Shown here: positions 11,149-22,963 of the stretch, in pieces | Layout: the number at the start of each line of letters is the position of its first letter | Position numbering within the stretch: the stretch's first letter is position 1 | Source: Octopus sinensis | Taxonomy: Eukaryota | Assembly: GCF_006345805.1 (NCBI RefSeq) | Contig: NW_021832335.1 | Location: 1-30,941, forward strand | Direction of reading: 5' to 3' | DNA: 30,941 nt | Position numbers and translations under genes: made by a program | Notes under the pieces: generated by a model | The model's database searches: none | Seen by the model: only the letters and a program-made list of their open reading frames with translations | What the model was told of the DNA's origin: nothing

Positions 11149-11602
11149 TGTATATAAACCTACCGAATTAACGTGTCTCCATTGCATGAGACACTTAGGA
11201 ATTCTTATTTTTAAAATGTACACATTAAATGATATTTATTTCTCGCTAGAGAGAATTCTCTTCGGATGATTCTACCTAATTACGTAATAGCTGAATAGAC
11301 ACACACACACATACATATGTATATACCAATGTGTGTGAACTTATTACAAATTCGCATACGATTCTGAGATATTTTAACCTGTGAAAAGGGTTTGCCCCGT
11401 ATTTGGTCATTGGAAAGTATTCATACTGGAGGCAAAAAAGGTATTAAACGTCATGCTTAACTCACAGCGCCTCCCTATTGGAAGGGGAATACAAGTATTT
11501 GCATGTAGTTTTCCAAAGGGAGACAACTACACACTGAGTAACAATCTAGGATTCTCTCATTAAAACTAAACAAAATTATCGAATGAATGTGTATTTCACA
11601 CA

Positions 11603-11652
<50 letters not shown>

Positions 11653-11731
11653 CGCACAATATTTGTATACTTATGTATATATATGCATGTATATATATAT
11701 ATATATACATATATGTATGTACGTATATATG

Positions 11732-11799
<68 letters not shown>

Positions 11800-11851
11800 T
11801 ATATATATATATATATACATATTATATATACATATATATATATATACATAT

Positions 11852-11884
<33 letters not shown>

Positions 11885-12323
11885 TATATATAATATATAT
11901 TGTTAGGTACATAAATACATAAATACAGACATATATGTATATATATTTGTATACGCACATACACACACACATACACACACACATATATATATATACATAT
12001 ACACACTCACACCATCACATGTACGGATACCATATGCAGACGCCCATGTATTAAGACAAAAACACACACACCCTTGCACACATAGACACACGAAATTATA
12101 ACGACATAATCTACTGTATGTGCGAAAGATTATGTTCGTGCGTGTGTATATAGACACATGCTCGCATATACAAATGCATTCACACATACATTCACATATA
12201 CATACATATACGCACACACACACATACACACATATATATATAAATAAATAAGTATGATATATGTATATATATATATTTGCATATATATATATTTATATAC
12301 ATATACATACATATATATATATA

Positions 12324-12375
<52 letters not shown>

Positions 12376-12400
12376 CATGCACACACATACACGTATACCA
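10800..12400. repeat. (TA)n/(CA)n/(TACA)n fields (10800-11155 and 11597-12390)
   Basis: Direct inspection. These produce the YI/CV/HT-rich spurious ORFs. Confidence 0.9.
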
Positions 12401-12674
12401 TTATGAATATAATAATATGAAGGCTTACACACTGTTACACCCGCAAGCACTAACGTACACATACATCTAAAGAAACATGGAAGTATACGTTGCACGGCTG
12501 CACACACATGCATACACACACATGTATGTAAATCTGTATACCCACCTCCACACACACACACACCAATACTCACACGCACACACTATCACACGCATGTACA
12601 TATACATGGAAATATCAAGCTTTCTTTGAATTTTTATCGAGTACACATTTAAGATGCTCTATCAAATCAAAGCT

Positions 12675-12760
12675 TTACCATTGGCTGATTTCAGAAAATG
12701 GCGGCTTCGAAATGGCTGACCTCTTGCGCTGACCAAAAAGCCAGTCACGTGTGAATATAC
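12675..12760 (+). promoter_or_regulatory. Candidate cis-regulatory motif cluster (inverted CCAAT, YY1, E-box)
   Basis: ATTGG at 12680-12684, AAAATGGCGGC at 12695-12705 and GTCACGTG at 12744-12751, within a CpG-retaining unique island. Motif match only. Confidence 0.3.
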
Positions 12761-12950
12761 GAGACATTCGCCTTAGCATTACAAGTGAAAAATGCTAGCT
12801 TTTGATCGGCGAGACACCGTCAACTCTGACCTCACTTAGTGGGATTGAAATGCGCAACATCAAGAAACATTAGCGCCGGAAAAGCTGAAACGCATAAACG
12901 TGTCCATTAGAATTGAGCTTGAACGGCAGGCAAGAGGATGTTCTTGTTGT

Positions 12951-12952
12951 TG

Positions 12953-13012
<60 letters not shown>

Positions 13013-13147
13013 AGGTAATAGCAGTAGGTGATGTTGTCATTATTATTATGATTGTTATTATTATCATCATCATCAACATCATTACTATAACCGTCATCAT
13101 CATCATCATCATTATTATTATTTCTTTTATTAATATTATTATTATTA

Positions 13148-13203
<56 letters not shown>

Positions 13204-13332
13204 ATTTTATTATTATTATTATTATTATTATTATATTATTATTATTATTATTATTATTAATATTGTTATTATTATTATTATTATTTTATTATATTATTAT
13301 TAGTATTATTATATGTTTTATTATTATTAATA

Positions 13333-13375
<43 letters not shown>

Positions 13376-13401
13376 GATTATTATTATTATTATTATTTAT
13401 A

Positions 13402-13466
<65 letters not shown>

Positions 13467-13559
13467 ATTGTTATTATTATTATTAATATTGTTATTATAT
13501 TATTATTATTATTATTATTTTATATTATTATTATATTATTATTATTATTATTATGATTA

Positions 13560-13605
<46 letters not shown>

Positions 13606-13688
13606 GCTGATGTTGTTACTGATATATGTTATAATTATGTTTGTTGTTGCAATTTTATTATCGCCATCATCATCATCATCATATTATG

Positions 13689-13725
<37 letters not shown>

Positions 13726-13810
13726 TATTATTATTATTATTATTATTATATTATTATTATTATTATTATTATCATCATCGTCATCATCATCATCATCATC
13801 ATTGTCATTA
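12951..13810. repeat. (GCA)n-(GTA)n followed by a very long (ATT)n/(ATC)n array
   Basis: Direct inspection. Confidence 0.95.
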
Positions 13811-13839
13811 TTATTGTTGTGATGGCGATATTTCCGATT

Positions 13840-14532
13840 TTCTGTGGTTGTTGCTGTTGTTGCTTTGGGATGGTGGTTTTTAGTGGTGGTAGTTGTGGTG
13901 GTGGTGGTTGTAGTGGTGGCGTTGACGGTGCTGCTGTAACATTGTGAAACATTTCTGTTGTTGTTGATTTTGGTGTTTGTGCTGCAGTTGAGATAGTGGT
14001 ATTGATTGTGGTAGTTCCAACTGCTGCTGTTGTTTTTGATGCTGTTGTTGTTGTGTGGTGGTGGTAGTGGTAGTGGTGGTGATTGATATTGTCGTCAAGG
14101 TTGTAGTTGTTATTACATTTATAGTAGTAGTAATAGTAGTAGTTGTAGTAGTAGTAGTAGTAGTGGTAGTTGTAGCACTGTGGTACCCATAGTAGAAGTG
14201 GTTCTGTTTGCCGTTGTGGTGATAGTGGTGGTGGTGGTTGTGGTGGTAGTGGTGGTGGCGGCTGCTGGTTTTGTAATAGTAGTCGTAGTCGTGATGGTGA
14301 GAATGATGATAATGGTGGCTGTGTTAGTGATGGTGGTGTTGGTGGCGGCTGTAACGATAGTGGTATAGGTAATGGTGGTGGTGTCGTAACGGTTGTAGAG
14401 GTGGTGATGTCAGCTGCAATGATTCTAGTAATGTTGTGCAGGTTGTAGTGGTGGTGGTGATGATGGTGGTGTTGGTTCTCGTTCTGTGGTTGTTTTTGGT
14501 GTAATGCTGGCAATCTTAATTACAATAGTAGC

Positions 14533-14583
<51 letters not shown>

Positions 14584-14762
14584 GGTGGCGGTGGTGGTTG
14601 TGGTGGTGGTGGACGTTGTGGTAGTAGCAGTCTTGGTGGTGATGGTGGTGGTGGTAGAAGTAGTAGCACTTGCAGTAGTAGTAGTAGTAGTAGTGGTTGT
14701 TGTAGTAGTAGTAGTAGTAGCAGCAGCAGCAGCAGCAGTAGTATTAGTATTAGTATTAGTAT

Positions 14763-14793
<31 letters not shown>

Positions 14794-15410
14794 CTGATTT
14801 TGAGTGATGGAGGATGTGGTAGCAGATAATTCTTTGTGGTAACGGTTGTGGTGTTGCTAAAGTAGTCTTTGTGGTCCTGATGTTGGAGTTGGTGTTGATG
14901 TTTTGGTTGTAGTATGATGATAGGGGTATTAGTAATTGTAGTAGCGTTGAAGGAGTATTGGTTGGTGACAGTCTTGGTGTTAGTAAGGTAGTGTGAGCGG
15001 TAGCAACTGTGGTAACGGTGGAAGTTGCTCTGGTGGTAGTTGCCGTCCTTTTGGTGGCGGCGTTGGGGGTTGCAATAAATTTACTTTTGGTGGTTGTGGT
15101 GGTGGTGGTAGTGATGATGGCGATGGTGATGATGGTTTGTGTTGATGGTTGAGGTGGTCGTGGTTGTGGCGTTGATGGTGGGTGGTGCTGGTGGCGAGAG
15201 GAAGTTGAATATTCTCTGATTGTTCTTTTTCTATGTGATCGTGGTGGTGGTAGTGGTGGTAGCGGTGGTGATGTTTTTGGTGGTTGTGATACATATGATG
15301 GTGATGGCTGTGGATGAGATTGTATTTTTGATTATGGTGGCGGTGGTGGTTGTGGTGGTGGTGGTGGAGGTGGTGGTGGTGGTGGTAGTGATGGTGGTTG
15401 TGGTAGGGGT
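13840..15410. repeat. Degenerate GGT/GTA/GTT/GAT triplet low-complexity region
   Basis: Cryptic triplet periodicity, with pure (GTA)n runs around 14526-14790. Confidence 0.85.
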
Positions 15411-15560
15411 GGTATTCGATGAAAATTTTGAAGATAACATGGCGGATAGAGGATGACAGAGACAGTTCGATGGAAAGTGGGTGAGATTTAAAAGTGGTTT
15501 CATGAAAGCATGTATGAGTGAATGGGGTGGTGGAGGTGAGTTACGAGAAAGAAAGCGGGA

Positions 15561-15564
<4 letters not shown>

Positions 15565-15610
<46 letters not shown>

Positions 15611-15724
15611 CAGACAGACAGAGAGTGTAAGTAGATGAAAGAGAGGAAGTTTTAAAGCTTGAACAGAGAAACATGGGAATAGGGCAGGAAAGACTGAAGC
15701 TTAAAAGCATAGCGTGATTATAGG

Positions 15725-15803
<79 letters not shown>

Positions 15804-16122
15804 TGTGTGTGTGTATGTATGTGTATGTGTTACTGTTTGTCGTCCACCGAAGCTGTGTGTGTGTATATATACTTGCATATATATATGTGTATACACACGC
15901 ATATACAGACACGCCCACACACATAAATACACACGCACACACACAGACACACACGTATATATATATGTCAATGTATGTGTGTATATGTATATATATATAT
16001 GTGTGCGTATGTATTTGTGGATCTACGTCTGTGTATAAATATATATATGCAAGTATTTATGAATATATGTATGTATAGATATACACATGCATATATACAT
16101 ATATAGGTATCTGTGTGCGTGA

Positions 16123-16160
<38 letters not shown>

Positions 16161-16545
16161 GTATGTGTGTGCATATGTGTATGTGTGAGTATGTGTGTTT
16201 GTGTGTATGTGTGTGTGTGTATGTGTGTGTGGATGTGTGTGTGTGTGTGTGTGTACACGTACATAGATATATGGAAAAGTGTGTGTTTGTCTTTATTCGT
16301 ATAAGAATGACACGGAGGTATAAAGGAAATTATGATAAAATAAAAGAGCGGGGGACTTCAATGTGGAGTTACCGAGAAAATCTTTGAGAGAATTAAAAGG
16401 AAAGAGACAAGGATCAAAAGAGTAAGAGATAGCTAGCAAATAGATCGACATAAGAACATTCACGTGTGTATGAGAGAAAGTGCATGCCTGTGTAGATATA
16501 TGAATATATATATGACTGTGTACGAGCATATATATTCATACATAA

Positions 16546-16578
<33 letters not shown>

Positions 16579-17215
16579 TAAATGTGTGTGTACACAGATT
16601 TATTGATGTATTTCTCGTTATAAGCTTATAACTTCAGAGTGTCATTGAAATGTAGAAAACGTGCAAGAGAATGCACTATATCTCTGTCCGTAGTAGAACT
16701 TACTCTCTCTCTCTCTCCCTATTTCTCTCTCTCTATCTCTCTCTTTCTCTTTCTCTCATATATGCATTCATACATATACCTATAATTATGTACACTTACA
16801 CGCACATGCATCACACGTATGTATATATATATATATATATAGATATATATATATATATATATCTATATATTATATACATAGGTATATATTAGTATATGTA
16901 TATCTATATGTATATATGTATATATAAATATATATATATATATATTATAGATATATATATATGTTATATATATGTATGAATATATATGTATATATATATA
17001 ATATATGTATATATATAATATGCATATAATATATGTATACATATCTATCTTATATGCGACTTTACGTACTGTATACTCACGCATAAACAGACACGTATAA
17101 AGAGTGAAGGGAGGGAAAATACAATTAGTTAAAGAAGAAGATAGAAAGGTGAAAATTGAGAGAGCGATAGAGAGAGTCCGGAACAAAGAGAGCATGAGCA
17201 CGAGATAGAAAGAAC

Positions 17216-17272
<57 letters not shown>

Positions 17273-17526
17273 GTGGATAGGTGTGAGAAAGAGGAAGATA
17301 GTAAAGGAGAAAGGGGGAAGCGTGAGATCTCTATTTGTAGTGAGGTTGGTGGAGGATTATAAATGGATGAATGGACGGATTGATGGATGGACGGTTAAAT
17401 CGATAGAAAAATAATAAAAATAACAAGCGGAATGATACAACAGATAGCTACAATGGAGGAAGTTGTAAAGAGAGATGGAAAAGAAATGCCAGATAGATAT
17501 GCAATGAGTAAGTGTGTGTGTGTGCG

Positions 17527-17569
<43 letters not shown>

Positions 17570-18015
17570 AAACTGGAACAAGAGAGTAAGAGTCAGTGAA
17601 AAAAAAAAGAAGAGAAACTTGTACTCTTGAAAATAACGTGTTCGTGATACGGAAAGAATCGAAAAGCAGACGACAGGCAGCCATATTGGATAGAAATGAG
17701 ATGTTGACGTCAGAATGGCAGAAAATGGTGGAGGTTTGAGGTTTGGGGAAGATATTAAGACGAGATTCCATTGCAAAGAGATGCAAAGATACGAGGCTAT
17801 TGTAAGAACAGTCACTGTTGTAACAAAAACTGAGTATTTCACTGCCTACTTAGATTCGTGAAAGGGGCGGTTACATATATAGTATATCTATAATATATAT
17901 ATTATATAGATATATATATATATACACGCATGTGCATGTGTGCGTGTGGTGTATGGATAAATGGTGACATATATAATACATAGTACACATTCAACGCACT
18001 CACCCCCGCCCATAA

Positions 18016-18060
<45 letters not shown>

Positions 18061-18095
18061 TATATATATTCAGATATATATATATATATATACAC

Positions 18096-18154
<59 letters not shown>

Positions 18155-18159
18155 GTGTA

Positions 18160-18193
<34 letters not shown>

Positions 18194-18195
18194 TA

Positions 18196-18228
<33 letters not shown>
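15565..18228. repeat. Series of (GA)n, (TA)n, (TG)n and (GATA)n microsatellites with short unique spacers
   Basis: For example (GA)n 15565-15607, (TG)n 15770-16255, (GATA)n 17216-17272 and (TA)n 18016-18228. Confidence 0.85.
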
Positions 18229-18230
<2 letters not shown>

Positions 18231-18573
18231 TTACTGCCATATTACATACATACTTAGATACACATGCTCATATATACATACGTATGCATAGTCATTGTTC
18301 GTTAAAGAATAGAACACCCAAAAACGCATCTGGAAGAGAGGGGGAAAATATGAATGCCAGAGAATGGATAAAAGAGTGAAGTTAAGAATATGAAACATAA
18401 TAGGAATCAGAATAAGTGGAAAGTATAAAGTAAATAAATACACAAGTATATTAATAACGAGGTGGAATAAATTATTGAATAGTTTACACTGAAGTGAAGT
18501 GAAGAGGAGAAACGTAAAACGAGGCAGAGTATTCGATAGCAGACTGGGAAGTGAAAATGCATCTATCTGTCTG

Positions 18574-18661
<88 letters not shown>

Positions 18662-18662
<1 letters not shown>

Positions 18663-18856
18663 TTTTTATTTTTTTTATTTAAAAAATTTTTTTTTGTTCT
18701 TCTTTTTCCCTTTTACGATCCCTCTTGATCGAAACTAACGCTACCACCCCGTTTTTTGTTTTCCTTTTGTTTTTTGTTTTTTTCATCCCCCAAAAGAAAG
18801 CTCTACCTTGTAACTGTCCCATCTGTTTGCAGCCCTGTGTGGCCAATAAAGAAACT
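18662..18856 (+). mobile_element. Tx1-like LINE, 5'-truncated copy 1 (3' UTR only)
   Basis: Homologous to about 20850-20991 (CCCTTTTACGATCCC...AAAGCTCTACCTTGTAAC...AGCCCTGTGTGGCCAATAAAGAAAC). Confidence 0.9.
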
Positions 18857-18874
18857 TATCTATCTATCTAATCT

Positions 18875-18906
<32 letters not shown>

Positions 18907-19029
18907 CTATCTATCTATATTGTCCATCCATCCATCCGCCCGTCCATCATCTATCTATCTATCTCTGTCTATGTATGTATGTATGTATGTATGTATCTCT
19001 ATCTATCTATTTATCTGTCTGTCTCTCTG

Positions 19030-19075
<46 letters not shown>

Positions 19076-19126
19076 CATCCATCCATCCATCCATCAACCC
19101 ATCCATCCATCCATCCATCCATCATC

Positions 19127-19174
<48 letters not shown>

Positions 19175-19180
<6 letters not shown>

Positions 19181-19344
19181 TTTTTGTTCTTTTTTCCCTT
19201 TTACGATCCCTTTTGATCGAAAACCTACGCCACCTTTCTTTTTGTTTCTTTTGTTTTTTGTTTTTTTTTCACCCCCCAAAAGAAAAGCTCTACCTTGTAA
19301 CTTGTCCCATCTGTGTGCAGCCCTGTGTGGGTAATAAAGAAACT
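19175..19344 (+). mobile_element. Tx1-like LINE, 5'-truncated copy 2 (3' UTR only)
   Basis: Same 3' UTR sequence ending AATAAAGAAAC, with TATC repeats on both sides. Confidence 0.9.
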
Positions 19345-19374
19345 TATCTATCTATATCTATCTATCTATATATA

Positions 19375-19447
<73 letters not shown>

Positions 19448-20634
19448 CGGTTGAGTTGCTCGGGGTCTGGTTTGGTCCGGACCTCCAAGTGGAGAAGAAC
19501 TGGAACGAGATAACGAGTAGGGTGGTCACTCTCGCCCGGCAATGGGCGAGAGGAAACTGTCCCTAAAAGGTCGAGCGAGGTGGCGAACACGTACATCGCG
19601 TCCGTCATCTACTACCGCCTGACCGTCGTACCTTGTCCCGACCCTACCATCACCAAAACTACAACGCATTCTCTTTCGCTTCTTGTGGAAAGGATGCGTC
19701 CCGATGGTCAGGCGATCCTTTGCTGTGAACACCCGTTAAAAGGAGGCTGGGCATGCCGTGGTTGATGATGCGCAGACACGCGCGCTGAGACTGCGACATC
19801 TCTGGCTCTATGTTGACGACGGTGAACAGGTGTGGTCGCCGTTTGTGAGGCACGCTTTCCCGCAGCTCGTCTCCATGACGAACTGCAGTCGTGGATCAAA
19901 AAGAGGAGGCCGAGAAGGGCGAATGGCACCGCGAGTGTCGCGTTGCTCTCAAGCAACTCTGCCGTCCTGGGTCGACCTTAAGTGACTTCAACACAACCAA
20001 AGCATTCTATAGGGGTTTAGTGGAGGGGAGGTACGACGACGGGCTCGGGGCGAACCTGGACGTCGACGAGGAGTACCTGACCCGCCTGTTCAGGACGACT
20101 TTCGGGTCAGGGCCCATGGACAACTTCCAGAGATCCCTGGCCTGGCAGTGCTACCGAGAAGCGCTACCCGTTCGGGATAAGCTCTACAGACACGGCTCGA
20201 GAAACTCGGGGCCGACAGCCCGAGATGCGGTCAGAGCGACGAAACCGCTCTGCACGCAATCGTGCAGTGTCCAACAATTTCCGACCCGTGGGCTTATGTC
20301 GAACAACTGCTGTCACGTGTGGGACGAGTCGGTTTATCAGCTGAGTCTATCGTCAATAGTGTCACGCCTCCTCCTTCAAACGGGAAGGAAGAGTATTTTC
20401 ATCATCCTTGTGGCTATGGCGAAAGAATGTATCTGGTGGACGCGTCTGAAAGGATTGGAGACAAACACTTTCCTCTCTGGTCAATCTCTCATCAGCTTCT
20501 TCAAGTACCACTTGAAAAGGAAAGTGAGAGTAGAGAGGCAAGTTTTGTCTAGCGAATGTTTTTAAAAAAAGATGGGCAATGTAGTAAGATGGCACGTATG
20601 ATATGACGGAGCCACCTTGAGCATAATCCTATGA
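19448..20634 (+). pseudogene. Frameshifted C-terminal part of ORF2 (end of RT/thumb region plus CCHC zinc knuckle)
   Basis: Joining frames gives VELLGVWFG...KNW...RKLSLKGRA.VANTYIASVIYY...LQRILFRFLWKG...PLKGGLGMP...LAWQCYREALPV...(C)PRCGQSDETALHAIVQC...CIWWTR. These match L1/Tx1 ORF2 motifs (YLG, LSxxGR, FLW, GGLG, CX2CX8HX4C, IWxxR). There are multiple 1-nt indels; the first zinc-knuckle Cys is restored across one of them. Confidence 0.9.
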
Positions 20635-20991
20635 ACCCAGAAATTGAAAACAGAGATTTGCTTATTTGCAAAAAAAAAAAAAAAAGAAATATAAAATGTG
20701 ACTTCATGACCGAGGTTACCCTGGTCTTTTCCGTAGGCTTTTCTTCCACGGGTAAACCTACCTGTCCTCCCCTTTACCTCATATTGACATTTCTGTGATA
20801 ACGATCCCTATTGATCAATTTTTTTTCCTCTCCACCCTTTTTTTAACCCCCCCCTTTTTTTTGTCCTTTTTCTTTCCTTTTACGATCCCTTTTGATGGAA
20901 AACCACCACTCTCCTTTTTTTACCCCAAAAGAAAAGCTCTACCTTGTAATTGTTCTATCTGTGTGCAGCCCTGTGTGGCTAATAAAGAAAC
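19448..20991 (+). mobile_element. Tx1/L1-clade non-LTR retrotransposon, 5'-truncated copy 3 (~1.5 kb)
   Basis: GC-rich ORF2 remnant plus T-rich 3' UTR (20635-20991) ending AATAAAGAAAC. Abrupt 5' junction with (TATC)n. Confidence 0.92.
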
Positions 20992-21005
20992 ATATCTACT
21001 TTATA

Positions 21006-21069
<64 letters not shown>

Positions 21070-21098
21070 CTTCTATCTATCTATCTATCTATCTATCT

Positions 21099-21198
21099 TT
21101 TTTTTTTTTTCTTTGTTTTTTGTTCTTCATCCCCAAAAGAAAAGCTCACCTTGTAACTTGTCCCATCTGTGTGCAGCCTGTGTGGCCAATAAAGAAAC

Positions 21199-21199
<1 letters not shown>
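21099..21199 (+). mobile_element. Tx1-like LINE, 5'-truncated copy 4 (last ~100 nt)
   Basis: CCCCAAAAGAAAAGCTCACCTTGTAACTTGTCCCATCTGTGTGCAGCC...AATAAAGAAAC between TATC tracts. Confidence 0.9.
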
Positions 21200-21243
<44 letters not shown>

Positions 21244-22065
21244 ATATCTATCTATCTATCTATCTACCTACCTATCTATCTATCCTTCTATCTATCTATT
21301 TAATACCTACAGCACTCCATCATTCCCTTTATTTTCTTCTGTATGACCTATCACAACCCTACTCAGGGCTTTAGCCCAATCACTTTCACCGCACGTCTGA
21401 AATGCAGTTCCAATCGCCCAGTAATAGTCGAGATCGAGATTTTCTTAGAAAATTTAATTGTCTAAAGAAACCAAGCTTTCCTTCAGCTGTCGGAACATAG
21501 ACAACATATAGGGCTGAAGTTAATGTTTTCTATGCCATTCGCATCTACCTACGTTCAGTTCGGGCCATGAATATAGCTCGTTCCTTGAAATCAAAGAATT
21601 TCATATACCTTCACCTGATCCAGACATACCCCGAAATGCGAATGTTTAATTATCGTCAGAACTATGTGGTGGTGCATGCAAGCCAGAGATCCCGGGGTCG
21701 CTGTTGATTCCCGCATTTACGTCTAGGGACAAGAGATTCTCCAGGAAGCGACTGTGCTTCGTTGATAAATCCTGGTCACTACGAACACAGCTCTCGTTAT
21801 GGTCATGTTTGTCGGAGAAAAGAAAATATACAATTTAATTAATTTGTCCTTATAGAAAGATTCATGGTCCGGCCACCGCATTTGTTAAGACCGGGTCTCT
21901 TTCTAAAAAGTCGATTATCAAAAACGTAACTTATATTTTAGGCGTCTCTAAGTTCGTGAGTCAGGCTTTTGCAAACTCAAACTCTGTTATTGATTTATGG
22001 GAGAGCTTTCTTAACCCTTCATCATTTGGATCAGTATATTATTATTATTATTATTAATAATCTCA

Positions 22066-22218
22066 TGAGCTCCAATTCCGTGGAGGTCGACTTTGCCTTT
22101 CGTCCTTTCGGGTTCGGTAAATTAAGTACCGGTTTAGCACTGGGGTCGATGTGATCGGATCGACTGTCCCCTTCCCCACATAATCCAGGCTTTGTACCTA
22201 TAGTAGAAAGGACTATTA
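22066..22218 (+). mobile_element. 5'-truncated family B SINE with tail B
   Basis: Family B core followed by CCCCTTCCCC...AGGCTTTGTACCTATAGTAGAAAGGACTATT. Confidence 0.88.
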
Positions 22219-22237
22219 ATCTATTGGTCACGTGTAA

Positions 22238-22820
22238 AGCGGCGAGCTGGCAAAATCGTTAGCACACCGGACGGAATGCTTTGCGGTATTTCGTCTGCCG
22301 TTACGTTCTGAGTTCAAATTCCGCCGAGGTCGACTTTGCCTTTCATCCTTTCGGGGTCGATAAATTAAGTACCAGTTACGCACTGGGGTCGATATAATCG
22401 ACTTAATCCGTTTGTCTGTCCGTGTTTCTCCTCTCTGTGTTTAGCTCATTGTGAGTAGTAAAGATATAGGTATTTCGTCTGCCGTTACGTTCTGAGTTCA
22501 AATTCCACCGAGGTCGACTTTGCTTTCATCCTTTCGGGGTCGATAAATTAAGTACCAGCTACGCACTGAGGTCGATATTATCGACTTAATCCGTTTGCCT
22601 GTCCTTGTTTGTCCCCTCTGTGTTTAGCCCCTTGTGGGTAGTTAAAGAAATAGGTATTTCATTCGTTTTGATGTTCTGAGTTCAAATTCCGCTCAGATCG
22701 AATTTTCCTTTCATTCTTTCGGGGGTCGATAAAATGAGTACCAGCTAAACACTGGGATCGTTGTAATCAATTTTCATCCCCTCTCCCGAGATTACTAGCT
22801 TCGTGTCAAAACTTGAAACC
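22238..22820 (+). mobile_element. Head-to-tail array of three family B SINE units
   Basis: Units at 22238-22468 (full, tail A), 22469-22652 (starts at GGTATTTC, tail A) and 22653-22820 (starts at GGTATTTC, more diverged, tail-B type). Confidence 0.92.
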
Positions 22821-22963
22821 GCGATTGATCACCTTTGCTATGAATTTGAACTTACCTTTCCGAACAACGAGTTGTTGTTGTTGTTGTTATTGCTGTTGTT
22901 GTTGCTTCTATGGTAATAGTTTCAGCTGCGGCTACTCTCGTTATAACTTATGTTAATTCTTAG

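Larger units (their letters stand above)
18562..21299 (+). repeat. (TATC)n array, with (CATC)n variants, interrupted by four retrotransposon copies
   Basis: TATC tracts at 18562-18661, 18857-19174, 19345-19447, 20992-21098 and 21200-21299. Confidence 0.93.

Noticed and set aside
13746-15294. Pro/His/Thr-rich minus-strand ORFs resembling transcription-factor low-complexity regions
   Set aside because: This is degenerate triplet DNA with shifting registers, no domain and no supported splice structure.
17690-17872. TGACGTCA and GGGGCGG motifs
   Set aside because: Isolated short motifs are expected by chance in 31 kb and have no supporting context.
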